DNA of 64,000 bases from Macrostomum lignano (taxonomy: Eukaryota): NCBI GenBank assembly GCA_002269645.1, contig NIVC01000337.1, forward strand, positions 682,001-746,000. The letters run 5' to 3'. A model generated the notes under the pieces. The model was given only the letters and a program-made list of their open reading frames with translations. It searched no databases and had not been told where the DNA came from. Both the position numbers and the translations under genes were made by a program. This document shows, in pieces, positions 33,076 to 46,150 of this stretch; positions within the stretch are counted from its first letter, which is position 1; every line of letters starts with the position of its first letter.

Positions 33076-35065
33076 TAGTCGAGGCAGCAATTCCACAAAC
33101 AAAGCAACTCCAAGGCTCTCGAAGCCCGCTGAACCCAACCAAAAGTCGGCCATAAATTCTGCTGTCCAGAAGCTCTGCCAGGCGCACGAAATCGTCAATA
33201 AAAAACCAGCCCCCCCCTGTCCCCCCCCTCTCCCAGTCCTGATATATCGATCCGGCCGGATTGTCACCAGGAAGGCAGGAAGGAGCCGTCCGTGTGTCAG
33301 AGAGCCCGCATGAGCTCGCATTGAGCACTGCTGAGCTGCTATCTGTGAAGCAGCCCTGGCCCCAGCTGCCTCGCCTGCAAAGCAGCTTGATTGACACTGC
33401 CTCATCCTGAAAGAAACGAATAACCAAGAAAAAAACGAGAAACCCCGAAAGCTTTTCTCGTTGCTTCAATCTGTTGCATGCTTAGACAATTGCATCAGTT
33501 TTGTACTTTTACTATCCTATCGCTCACATGGGACAAGAAAATACAGTATCTGAATTGAAACCGAAAATGTCTGACACAGGGTATTGACAGCTTCCCTAGC
33601 GACTTCCTAATCCTCAGGCAGAGTACATGCTCTGAGTGATCAAAGTTGATAAGACGGAAAGCAGAAATTATCAAAATAATCGTTAAAACAAAAAATCTGC
33701 CTATTCGCAAGTTCCAGGGGTGACTGCTCTTGCGACGCAGAATTATTTACAGTTACAGTTTCAGGAAAAATAGCAACATTTTAACAAATCATCATATTCT
33801 GGAAAAGCTTTCTGGACAGGGCACAGGATAGACTGGTTCGCTAATCTATAGAAGCAGGGAAACGGCAGAGCTGGCCAGGGGATTAGAGAGTGAGAGAGGG
33901 AGAGGCCCGCGTCGCACTCAAGTTAATCAGGGCTTTTGCGGCCTTGTGAAAAATTCTAAAATTACTTTGCAGTGAGTGAGCGCGGCCCCCCCCCCCCGGA
34001 CTTAATCTCCTCACCCAGCAGTCGATACTGCTGGCTGGCCAAAATTTTCTGCAACGGAAAAGGGAGAAACCTGGATCACTGGGAGAGCTCTACGCAGGAG
34101 AGAGGAGAGAGAGAGGAGAAGACAGCCCCCCTCAGGCCTCCAATCAGTGCGGCGCCGAGTCAATAGTTCTCCATTTTCTTTATTGACAGCGCTCCACCCC
34201 GATTCTCCACAACAGGAGCCGCAGAGAGGGGAGGCCTTGGGGAGAGCCTTGGAGCTACCTGTCCTCGCATCAGCTCCTGGAGACGATGGGGATCTACCTG
34301 GCGCCCAGGGAGTGCACCCGCTGAAATTCGACTCTTATCAGTGAGCCGCGCGTCCCCCGGGGCAGGCGTTGCACTTTTCGGCTAAGAAATTAAATTCCCA
34401 GCCTCACGGCTTCACCTTCTCTCACTTCTTTTGCTATTGTAAATTCTATGATGGCGCACCTACGGCGGGAGGTGAGGCACTTGAATCTCTGCTCTGCCAC
34501 CTCCCATCCCTGTCGCCACCCACCCGCCGCTTGCATCCATCGCTTCACTCGCCCAGCTTCCCGTGACGGCCTCGACATGCAATTACAGAATCTCTTTTGC
34601 TACAATTCTCCCACCGTCTCACTGCTCAACCCCTTCTCTCTCTCTCTCTCTCTCTCACTTCCCTCAACCCCCTCCCGGAACTGCGAAACTCTCCGACGCG
34701 ATCCCCTAGTAGCAGAAGAGCCCCAAAGCTCGTCATCTTTCCGGGAAAGAAGGGCATGGGCTGGGCTGGCCGGGAAGCTGGGGGGTTTTTCTTCATCCGG
34801 GGGAGCCGAGAGCCGCCCTGAGCCCGCCGGGGGGAGTGAAACGGCGACGAGTTTCAAGAGGCTTCCCTTAAAGTGCAGTCGGGCCAGGGGCTCCGCAGAG
34901 TGGTGGAGAAGGGCGAGACGGCACAGAGACTGCGGGCTGGGAAATCCTAGAGAATTCCTGGGCATGAGGCGGCTCCCCTTTCTGCTTTGATTCTGGTTGT
35001 GGAGTCCCAGTGGAAAAAAAATCGACCAGCTGGGCTGGGATGCGGCAGGGAAGCTGGGAGCTGGG

Positions 35066-36172
35066 CTAGTGCTTCAACGTGTGCCACTTGGTCACCTGCT
35101 GGCGCGGCTTGTTCAGCATCTCAGTCCAGTGCTTCGACTCCTCTGTGGAAGACCGGGTGCCCAGCCGGATCCGGCCGATGGTGTCGGAGCCGATGAAGTC
35201 CTTGTCCTTGACCACCATCTCGATGTGGTACTCGTGGATCTTCTCGGCGCTGACGCTGAACGCGAAGGTTTCATTCCACTGCGGGTTGAGGTTCTTGTAG
35301 ATGATGCTGCCCTTCTTTTTCTCGCACTCTTTGTTGCTTTTGTTGTGCACCAGCTTGATGACGCAATAGGGATCGGAGGTCCGTCCGAGGTCCATGGCTT
35401 TGAGGTCCCTGGCCTTGAGGGCGGCAATTTCCAGCTGGGTGGTCTGCGGATTGTAGCACAGACCCACCATGACGTCACCGACATAGCCGCGGGTCTTCTT
35501 GTTGGGCTGCAGCTGGCGCCACAGGGTGAATGAGCGCTTCTTCTGGTCCTCGTCGTAGAGGAACACCAGCGGGAACAGCACGTCCCCGATCGCGTCGTCC
35601 CGGCTGAATCGGTCGTAGTCGTACACCTGGATGAAGAGCGTCCGGTCCAGCAGCCGCTCGCCGGGAAATTCCTCGAATACAAACACCTCGTTCCATTTCG
35701 GGTTGAGCTTGCGCATTTTGATCTTGGTCCGCACCTTGTTGCCCTTGTCTGGCAGGATGCTGATCTTGCAGTACGGATCCGAGGTGCCCATCGGGAAGTC
35801 CATGGCCGGCAGCTGCTGCGCCTGACAGATCTTGATGGTCAAGTGCCGGCTGGTCCATTCGTAGCTAACGCTGAAGTTGATCCTGCCGAGGTTCTGGTCC
35901 GGGCCCTCGTCGTAGACTTCGTCCTGCTGGCCGCCTCCGTCGCGCTCGGAGCTTTCGGAGCCGCCCGTGGCGCCGATGATGCCGCTTTTGGCCACGAAGC
36001 TGGAGAACAGGCTCGTCTCCTGCTGCTCCTGCTGCTGCTGCTGCTGATGGCGGAAATGGTTGCGGCTGCCTATAGGGCCGTTGCCATGACGACCGGGAGA
36101 AGCCGTGCTGTCCCGCCCGCGACGCCGCCGCCGCGGTCGATGGGCCGCCGCCGGCCGAGCTGCTCTCGCCAG
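35066..36172 (-). CDS. SYT7: Synaptotagmin-7-like tandem C2 (C2A-C2B) protein; N-terminus unresolved
   Basis: C2A LGRINFSVSY...AMDFPMGTSDPYCK...YDYDRFSRDDAIG and C2B LCYNP...KAMDLGRTSDPY...KDKD...HWTEMLNKPRQQVTKWHTLKH closely follow Syt7. The frame is open from 36172 to the stop at 35066, but there is no in-frame ATG before C2A. A candidate ATG at 36221 is in another frame. Confidence 0.85.
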   Translation of the reverse strand: MARAARPAAAHRPRRRRRGRDSTASPGRHGNGPIGSRNHFRHQQQQQQEQQETSLFSSFVAKSGIIGATGGSESSERDGGGQQDEVYDEGPDQNLGRINFSVSYEWTSRHLTIKICQAQQLPAMDFPMGTSDPYCKISILPDKGNKVRTKIKMRKLNPKWNEVFVFEEFPGERLLDRTLFIQVYDYDRFSRDDAIGDVLFPLVFLYDEDQKKRSFTLWRQLQPNKKTRGYVGDVMVGLCYNPQTTQLEIAALKARDLKAMDLGRTSDPYCVIKLVHNKSNKECEKKKGSIIYKNLNPQWNETFAFSVSAEKIHEYHIEMVVKDKDFIGSDTIGRIRLGTRSSTEESKHWTEMLNKPRQQVTKWHTLKH

Positions 36173-36868
36173 TCAGGGTCGACACGAGAAAGTCGGCGAA
36201 GCCCTTGCCGCCGAGGTTCATGGCAGGGCGGTGCTGGCTGAGGGCTGTGGAAGAGCTGGGGTACTCAGACTGGCTGCGTGAGTCTCCCGCTGCATCCGGC
36301 CTTTTTACCTCCTCGCCCTTCATTCTCACTCTCGCCCAGCTGCAGGGTTCTGTAACGATTGGCTGAGGCCGAGGGGGCAGGGGGGGGGGCGCGAAGCCCC
36401 AACCGCAGGCCGCCCTCCCCTCAGCTCCCTTTCGCCCCCTCCAGCCCCAGGCTGAGCGACGCCTCAAAAAAGGGGGGAATTCAAAGAAACTTCCGCCGGC
36501 AAGTCGGGCATTGAAATTCTTCAACAAAGCCAATCAGGATAGTAGGATAAAAGTTGAAGAATGCACTGCTGCATTCTCATTGTGAGTGACTTCCCAGCCA
36601 CTGTTTTCCATTCCATTCTGGCGGGCCGCCCCTGCCTTGCCTGACTGACAGGCGGCAGGAAAAACAACGGAAACGCAGAAGCCTGATGGGACTCGCAGCG
36701 AGCTTTTGGGCAACACGTGTTTTTGCAGCTTTGTCCACTTTGAGTGGCGAATGAAAGAGCATAGACTGAGGCTGATTAGGGCGGCCACGGGGCCTCGCAG
36801 CAATGAGGCACTGACAGAAAATGTAAACAGAATATGCTCACGCAAGGTAAATATAGAAAAATAACCTT

Positions 36869-37515
<647 letters not shown>

Positions 37516-38159
37516 CAGAGGCAGGGATCAATGCTGCCGTGCTCATTTCCCCAATAACTCCTGGCATCAGCAGGCAAAATTCAATCCCACCGACCCCTGC
37601 GTCTCCAACTAGAAATCGGCGTGCGTGATCTCAAGGGGCAAGAATTATCGCTGAAGAAAAATTGAAAGAGAAAGGGTGAGGAGAGAGCAAGAGAGTGTGC
37701 GGTAGAGCGGCAGCAGTTCCCATGGCAACGGTCAAGAAGCGGTGGGTATTTCGGGAGCGGCGAAGGCCGGCATTCGCCCTCTCAGTGGCCGGCTGCCCGT
37801 CCGCAGCCCAGAGCTTCCCCGGGGACTCGCGGGGCGCCACAGTCTGCGGACTCGCGCCAGCGGGCATCAGGATTTCATTTTTCCTCCCATCTCAAAGCTG
37901 GCTTCCCATATCCCCATATCTGTGCATGAGTGCCCGCTGTCGCTAAATGAGGATTTCGGAATTGTCGACGGCTGGAAATGCAGCGAGTTGGCAGCCAGCT
38001 CGCCACGGCTCCCTTGAGGGGTTTTTTGTTGCTGGGGATGTCTCAGCGCCGTTTCGGACTTTCCCTCTGCTAGCGTTCCGGGAATTTTGTGCTACCTTCT
38101 AAATATACTAAATCTCTAATCCATATACTAAAAATGGCAGTAGTAGCCGGCGCCGTATT

Positions 38160-38520
<361 letters not shown>

Positions 38521-40774
38521 TAAGACACTAAACACAAAGACACTAAACACAATTGTGGAGAATGCAAATGTAATAAGTTGAACATTCTCAGCAGTTTACT
38601 CATTAGTAGCAGTGCTGGGAAATTGAAGTAAAATTATACTGGTAATCTTGGACATGAGATGTCCAAGACATGATTTGATCAGCCTCAGGAGGAGTAGCAC
38701 TTGTTTAGTGCAGATTGTTTGCATCTTATGCTTTAATAAGCTTCAGCTTGGCTCTGAGGGCCTGTCGCGGACCCCCATGAGGAGGCCAATGCAACCGGCA
38801 GTCTGCCTGACACTGGCCTGGCACTCCGCTTCCTGCGGGGCCCGGCCTCTCTTACACAGGATGCTGATCTTCATTTTCAGCCAGGCAGAAAGCAGCCGGA
38901 CGAAAAAGCGGCCAAAAACGCAAAAGCAAAAGCCGGCCACTCAGCTCTATTGACACGGGGTGGGCGGGCAGATGGGAATAGAGAATGCCGGGAAGAGGCG
39001 GGAGATTTTTGCCCCCTCCCCCTGCCCAGAAGAAGAGGCTGCTTGCGCCGAGCCTAATTGGCAGTTGGGGGCCGAGACGACCAGAAAAGCGAGCGAGGGA
39101 CAGAATCGGGCCGGCCACTAACTTAGTTTTCCCGGGACTCGGAGATCTGCGAAAATGAAGACGGGCTGGGGGGGGGGGGCTTAAGCTGAGAGAGACAGAG
39201 AAGGACAGCAGAGCGGAACCGATGTTGCAGAATCTGCCAGAAGCGAGAGGAGGGGGGTTGGGGCAAGAAATTGAGAGATGGCAAGGAGAATCAGAGGCTG
39301 AATTGGAGCTGAGGTTCGCCACTTAGGCAGTGAGCGATCGCTGGTCCTATCTGATCTTCCGGTCGTCCGGTTTCGCAGAAAAGTAGCGATAGATGCGGAC
39401 CCACCATGCATTCAGTTTGTACACCCATGCATGCCATCCTGCGGCACTTCGCTTCAGCATGTTTTCTTGGGGGATTTCCCTAATTTTCAGAATGGGGTCA
39501 GTCAGCTGGGAAATCAAGGCACAGCGTACAACAGGATGGTCTCGACCACCTCTGGCGGTCTGGCAGGTCCTCCGACTGCACAACCGCCCACCCCAGAATA
39601 ACTAAAGGTGTCTCCGTTTTAGAGCCTGGCCTATGATATATCTACCGATATGTATCGAAATTAACTATAATTTCACTCCAACAAATTCTAATTTGCGAGA
39701 CTTGAACGGAGCTTCTCTAGCGGACTTAATAGACTCATGCAATTTTGAATCTATTCATGCAACTCATGCAACTCATCTGCTGTTGAAGAGGTTATTAAAT
39801 TTCTAGGGCCCAGAACGCTCAAAATGGGAGAATAGCCTCGCTAAGAAGCTGCTCCCACAAGGCGTGAATGATTGAAGAAGACAGCAGCGGCACTGGCCTG
39901 AGCCTGAGCTCAGCAAAATGTGTAACGATTATCGCCAGCTCGACTCACCAAAATTCGCTCGGTTGAGAAACGTGCGAAAAAATTGTCGAGGCGTAAAAAT
40001 TGTCGAGTGCCGGCCGGCCCGTCCTCCGGGCGGACACTTTTGCTTTCGATTTCCTCTTCTAGAAGCAGCCAGAGGAGAAATGAGTGGGAATTGAACTGCG
40101 GCCAAGGACGCCTAAACCAGACAATCTGGATTGGAAACCTTGCGCAGTTGATAGACAAGTTTCGAGTTAGTGTTTATGTGTTTAAAATGAGAGCAGCCTG
40201 CTGAAAACATTGTTTCAAGCAATTCAAACAATTCTTGGAGTAAAAATGACACCGCGCGATCGTCTGACTGAAACTATGGAGTCGGCAATCCATGATCCTC
40301 GTTCAAGCTCTCCATGGCCCTGCAGCCCAGTCCGAGTGGAAACTGCGGATTGAAAGCTGGAGACTCAATGGAGTGAGTGATAAGTGCGAGTGGGGAAGCT
40401 CAGAACCTTCTTTGCTTGGCTCTTTCTGCTTCTGCATAAATGACTGAATTGCTTTTTTGTGGCAGCCGAGAGCCAAGCGGCCGGGTCGCCGCAGCATTGA
40501 AGATGAGCTGGAGACTCAGGGAGAGGCAAAAAAGTGCAGGATGGGGCCGGGTGGGGGGGCGAGCTGCCCGACCCAGGCCGCATTAAGGATGCAATTTCAA
40601 TGCAGAGAAGCCCCCCTTCAACTCGGCAGTCGGGGCATAAAAGCTGCCCTTTCCGAGTTTGTCCGAGTTGGAAAATCACAGAGCCGGGGCTCTGGGCCAG
40701 ATGGGCCATTAGACCCTTTTCTTTAGACTTTGCCTGGCGCTTCTGAGGGCCTCTGCTTTTTTGAGTAACATTGT

Positions 40775-41325
40775 TAGTCAGCCAGTCTAACAGCCAGTCT
40801 AACAGCCAGTCTAACAGCCAGTCTAACAGCCAGTCTAACAGCCAGTCTAACAGCCAGTCTAACAGCCAGTCTAACAGCCAGTCTAACAGCCAGTCTAACA
40901 GCCAGTCTAACAGCCAGTCTAACAGCCAGTCTAACAGCCAGTCTAACAGCCAGTCTAACAGCCAGTCTAACAGCCAGTCTAACAGCCAGTCTAACAGCCA
41001 GTCTAACAGCCAGTCTAACAGCCAGTCTAACAGCCAGTCTAACAGCCAGTTAACAGCCAATATAACAGCCAGTCTAACAGCTAACAGCCAGTCTAACAGC
41101 CAGTCTAACAGCTAACAGCCAATATAACAGCCAGTCTAACAGCTAGTCTAACAGCCAGTCTAACAGCCAGTCTAACAGCCAGTCTAACAGCCAGTCTAAC
41201 AGCCAGTCTAGCCAGTCTAACAGCCAGTCTAACAGCTTAACAGCCAATATAACAGCCAGTCTAACAGCTAGTCTAACAGCCAGTCTAACAGCCAGTCTAA
41301 CAGCTTAAAAGCCAGTCTAACAGCC
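40775..41325. repeat. 12-bp minisatellite (cagccagtctaa)
   Basis: Direct reading; explains the LLDW and NSQS repeat ORFs. Confidence 0.97.
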
Positions 41326-41735
41326 ATTTGCGAGTCATAAGACCAAGCGGTCAGTTTTATGATTAAATAATTAAAGATCGAGTCCCACTTTCAAAGGCTG
41401 TTCACTCCACTCAGAAAAATCTATATTTACCCACAAAGCCAGTCTGTACAGTTTATAATATTAAGAAAATATTTTCAACAGAAAAAAATCTGGTTGGGAG
41501 TCTCTAGGACATCACAAAAAATATTCTAAACTGGCGTCACCGGCCCCCGAAAGCCGGCTGACAAAACTGATCGATTTGCACGGCCGCTTTGATCGATCGG
41601 AATTCGGTGATAGCAGGGAGAATTCAGTGGAGAACTGAGCGGCCGCCCCCCCCCCAGCCAGATCCCCGCCATGCGATTGCGGCTGGCTGGGAAAGAGATT
41701 GGGGAGCTTCGCTCGCGGGGGCGGGTCAGCCGGGG

Positions 41736-42812
41736 TCACAAGATGGCGCAGGCGGTCGCTGACTCGGCCGACGGAGGAGGCGGCGGCGGCGGCTCCGGCC
41801 GCCTCTCCCAGTGCAGGCGGCGGTCGCAGCCATAGACAAACAGGCGGCGGCCGCAGCTGAACTCGCAGGCGCAGACGGGCACGAGGCGGACGGTGAGCCG
41901 CTGCAGCAGCAGCCGGCAGTTCGAGTCGCCAGCCTCGGTGGCCAAGTGCCGGTTGGTCAGGACCTCAGCGGCCAGAACCAGGCCCAGGGGGAACCGGGAC
42001 TCGCTCAGGGCGACCCGCGGCCCCACCTGACGATGCACCGGCCGGCCGTTCGCCTCGGCCAGCAGCCCGGCCGGCAGCCCGGCCGCCGTCAGCAACGCGC
42101 TGTCGATGGTCACCGACCAGGTCGCCTGCAGCCAGCGGCTCGGCACTAGCTGGCCGGCGCCGGCGCAGCGGCCGCACTCGACGCCGGACACTCGGCCTCC
42201 GCAGGCCGGACACCGGACGCTGCCCCTGCCAGCGCAGACGAAGCAGCGGTGAGAGTCGCCGCCGCCTCCGCCGCCTCCGCCGCCGCCGTGGCAGCCGGGG
42301 CAGGTCACGTGACCTTTGCGCCTGCACCGGCGGCAGTTCGAGTAGCCGACGCCGTGGCAGCTCGGACAGGCGGCCGGCCGGCCGACCCGGCCAGGCAGCG
42401 GGACGGCCGCCTCCGCCTCGGTGAAGGCCGCCGGGATCGGCCGCTTCGCCTCCCAGCTGCTGGCCGGCACCGGGTCATCCTGAAGGCAGCGCCGCAGCAG
42501 CTGCTGCCTCGCCGATCGCCGGTCGCCAACCAGTCGGCAGTCGTCCTCGCCGTGGAGCTCCTCCTCCGGGCAGGGAAGCAGGCGGTCCTGCAGGCTGTGC
42601 CGCTCGTACCAGCTGGCCAGGGTGCACACGAAGGCCTCGCCGTGGACCAGCCGAACGCCAGACGGCGCGGCGGCTTCGTCCTGGTTGCCGTCGGGACGGC
42701 GACAGCAGCAGCGGTGCAGGAGGCGGCGAAATCTCTGGCGCCGAGCCAGCAGCTCGAGGGCGTCCGCTTCGGTCAGCCGCCAGCCGGAGTGATTCTCTGA
42801 GTCTGCTGTCAT
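41736..42812 (-). CDS. SSUH2: SSUH2-like protein with CxxCxGxG zinc-binding repeats and a C-terminal CaaX (CAIL); 5' end uncertain
   Basis: CPSCHGVG, CRRCRRKG, CPGCHGGG, CFVCAGRG, CPACGG and CGRCAGAG repeats, followed by LLLQRLTVRLVPV...LFVYG and terminal CAIL, as in the SSUH2 family. First ATG at 42812; acceptor (tttcag) just upstream, exon starting at 42868. The upstream part of ORF 41736..43418 is repeat-derived. Confidence 0.75.
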   Translation of the reverse strand: MTADSENHSGWRLTEADALELLARRQRFRRLLHRCCCRRPDGNQDEAAAPSGVRLVHGEAFVCTLASWYERHSLQDRLLPCPEEELHGEDDCRLVGDRRSARQQLLRRCLQDDPVPASSWEAKRPIPAAFTEAEAAVPLPGRVGRPAACPSCHGVGYSNCRRCRRKGHVTCPGCHGGGGGGGGGGDSHRCFVCAGRGSVRCPACGGRVSGVECGRCAGAGQLVPSRWLQATWSVTIDSALLTAAGLPAGLLAEANGRPVHRQVGPRVALSESRFPLGLVLAAEVLTNRHLATEAGDSNCRLLLQRLTVRLVPVCACEFSCGRRLFVYGCDRRLHWERRPEPPPPPPPSAESATACAIL

Positions 42813-42974
42813 GATGGCAGGGCCGAAAGTGCAGCCGTTGGGGTCGACAGGGGCTCCGCAGTCTGGCGCTGAAATAGGGGAGCTCAGCCAGTCCGCCGGA
42901 GCCAATGGGAGGCCGCAGATTCCCCCTCCATCACCCAACCGGCTGCTGCCGTGGTGAAGCTGGCCAAGGCGAAC

Positions 42975-43340
42975 CGGAGCCACCATTGTCATACAGCTGT
43001 AGGCTGACTTCAGAGCCACCATTGTCAGACAGCTGTAGGCTGACTTCAGAGCCACCATTGTCAGACAGACATTGTAGGCTGACTTCAGAGCCACCATTGT
43101 CAGACAGACATTGTAGGCTGACTTCAGAGCCACCATTGTCAGACAGCTGTAGGCTGACTTCAGAGCCACCATTGTCAGACAGACATTGTAGGCTGACTTC
43201 AGAGCCACCATTGTCAGACAGACATTGTAGGCTGACTTCAGAGCCACCATTGTCAGACAGACATTGTAGGCTGACTTCAGAGCCACCATTGTCAGACAGA
43301 CATTGCAGGCTGACTTCAGAGCCACCATTGTCGGACAGCT
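42975..43340. repeat. 36/39-bp minisatellite (ttcagagccaccattgtcagacagacattgtaggctgac)
   Basis: Tandem copies upstream of the SSUH2-like exon. Confidence 0.93.
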
Positions 43341-44749
43341 TTTACAGCCAGCCCACAGTTGTGGAAATTGTGGTTTGCGGACGAGAGTTGAACTTTGGAG
43401 GCCTCTGGCTCTGAGCAACCTGGGGAGTCGAAAGCCGGTTTAAAGGTAAACACAGCACACACGGGCGTCACGGATTTTGCTTTACTTATAATGAAACTTC
43501 GAATTCAAGAGCGTGCAGCTCGATCTCTGTCAGCCTGGTAGATAAACAAAGTTTTTAAAAAAATTGATTGAACTCTTGATAGAGCGGTCATCCAGGACAC
43601 GGGATCTGTTTACCGAAGAACTTCAGATTGGAGGGGCTGGCAGAGGGAAAGTGGGAGGAAACGGGGGGGGGCTGGCTGCGGGGATGGAATAAAATAACTT
43701 GGGAGAAAAGGAGAACTCTGCATAGAGAGGAAAAGCGAAATGAGGACGCAGAATATGCGCAGGTGGCTAAAGTGCATGAGGGCTGCGGGCATCCTGGCGC
43801 AACGTCTCCGGTGACATTGTCCCACAACCAGAGCTGACAGAAATGCTGCCCATTCCGCCGACTCCTGAGCAACCGCGCTAATAATACTGCTGATACTGCT
43901 ACTCATGCACACGCTCACACAGGACCGAGTGCTGTGTGCTGAAGGTCCAGAAGCTCCGACAGAGCCAGAGCCGATGCAGACAGATGTGGTCGACGTGCTG
44001 ATGTAATTTTGGAGGCTTGGCAAGGCTGCACTGAGGCGCTGTGCTGATCGGCTCAAGGGTTGTATTGAGTTGTGTTTATGAGACAAATCTGACTCCCTGG
44101 CAACAATTAGCGACTTTATTCTCGTTGAGAAGGTGCGTAACGAAACGTTTACCAGTCTTCGTGAATTTCGTGTGCCTGTGTTTCTCCCTTGGGGGAAGTT
44201 CTACCGCTAGAAAGCAGTGAAAAAATTATACGATATCACACCATATTTTCGTTTTCATCTCGCAGACATAAGTCCAGAATACAGACTTAACATTAAGGCT
44301 TGTAAGTTGAGAACTGAGCACAAATCGTGTTCATAACAAGTCCCAGTTTAGATGCAAATCAATCGAATCTGATCAAGTCCTTAGAGACGGGCCTCGACAT
44401 CTTTCCGGCCAAGTAGATTATCATGACTATCATTCTTATTCGACGTGCCTTAATTCCGTTTCCGTGACAGGAAAGCCATTTTGTGCTGCAATTACTCGCA
44501 CAGAGGCCCATTATTCACGGGTATGGCAATATACTACTTATAAGATTGGGCTTTCAGATCCAGTTGGCAGAGGCAGAACATGGAAGATAATTTATAATAC
44601 ACACCATCATGTAGCCCGACCTGTATACTGATAAACTGGCCGTCACTGATGTACTTTTAAGATTTTAACCGACATGCTTAAGGTTATCAGACAAATTTTA
44701 GGATTTAAAACAATTAGGCAAAGTGAATTAGTGAAACGAAGCGAGTCGC

Positions 44750-45040
44750 ACCACTGCCAGCCAATCACAGGCCAGTAACCCCACCCCGACTGCCAGACAA
44801 TCACAGGCCAGTAACCCCCCACCTTCCCGACTGCCAGCCAATCACAGCCCAGTAACCCCGACTGCCAGCCAATCACAGGCCATTAACCCCGACTGCCAGC
44901 CAATCACAGGCCAGTAACCCCTGATTGCCAGCCAATCACAGGCCAGTAACCCCCCAACTGCCAGCCAATCACAGGCCAGTAACCCCCGATTGCCAGCCAA
45001 TCACAGGCCATGCCAGTAACCCCCGATTGTCAGTCAATCA
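44750..45040. repeat. ~33-bp minisatellite (gccagccaatcacaggccagtaacccccgact) containing CCAAT motifs
   Basis: About 8 diverged copies. Confidence 0.85.
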
Positions 45041-45649
45041 CTGGCCTTTGAGCTTTGAATCCAATATACCAAAAATGCTGAAAGTTGATTCTGAAAGAAA
45101 GTTGGGAAACAACCTAACAACAAAATGTTCTCAATATTAGCTACTTTTATCAGTAACGAGCAACGGATATTGCTGCTCTGATTTGTTTAGCTTTACATTT
45201 AGCTATATTTCCCGTTTAAGCTTGTGCCGGATATACATTAGGCCAAGATATCTTGCAACAAGTCTAAGAAAAACATAAAATAATAATAAACTCATGCTGC
45301 GATAGAAAGCTTTCAGAATGCCAACGACAATAAATCAAGATAATTGACAAAATAGAATCGAAACAAATCATTCAGTATCCAGGTAAAATAGAAATAGAAA
45401 TGGCATTGACAAAATGCAACGGGAGTAATTATGTAACATCATTAATAACACATCATTAGGATAAATTCCAAAAACAAAGTTAAAGTAGATTGCACTTTTG
45501 AAATTCGAGTGCTTCAAGAACATTGTGCCCTTTAAAGCCGAATAACAAAATATGCAACCGTGCTAATTGACTTACTGGAAAGGGAGGCAATTTTGTCTGC
45601 GCACAACACAGCAGACTTGTGCGCGGGTGTCAACGGAGAATAGACTAGA

Positions 45650-45970
45650 TTCTCAGGTGGGTGGGGAAGATTCTCAGGTGGGTGGGGAAGATTCTCAGGT
45701 GGGAGGGGAAGATTCTCAGGTGGGTGGGGAAGATTCTCAGGTGGGTGGGGAAGATTCTCAGGTGGGTGGGGAAGATTCTCAGGTGGGTGGGGAAGATTCT
45801 CAGCTTGGGTGGGAAGATTCTCAGGTGGGTGGGGAAGATTCTCAGGTGGGTGGGGAAGCTTCTCAGGTGGGTGGGGAAGATTCTCAGTTGGGTGGGGAAG
45901 ATTGTCAGGTGGGTGGGGAAGTTGTCAGGTGGGTTGGGAAGATTCTCAGATGGGTGGGGAAGATTCTCAT
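45650..45970. repeat. 21-bp G-rich minisatellite (gattctcaggtgggtggggaa)
   Basis: Direct reading. Confidence 0.93.
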
Positions 45971-46150
45971 GGGGAAGAATTTCAATGGGTGCGCGATTCT
46001 CGTCCGGGCTGGAGATTCTCGGGTAAATTTGCTCGAATCCAGAGAAAAAGGCATTTTGGTGGGTGCAGACCGGACACAAATCTAACAAATCCAAGTCCAA
46101 TTTCGAAACAAACACAATCTCATATTACATAGAAGGGCCGAGCAATTCTG

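Noticed and set aside
36105-36130. 16-nt GT...AG segment (gtcgcgggcgggacag) whose removal would restore the Syt7-like frame
   Set aside because: Far below plausible spliceosomal intron size, with a weak donor.
43610-44086. 158-aa ORF as the first exon of the SSUH2-like gene
   Set aside because: No homology, and its apparent donor is phase 2 whereas the downstream acceptor needs phase 1.
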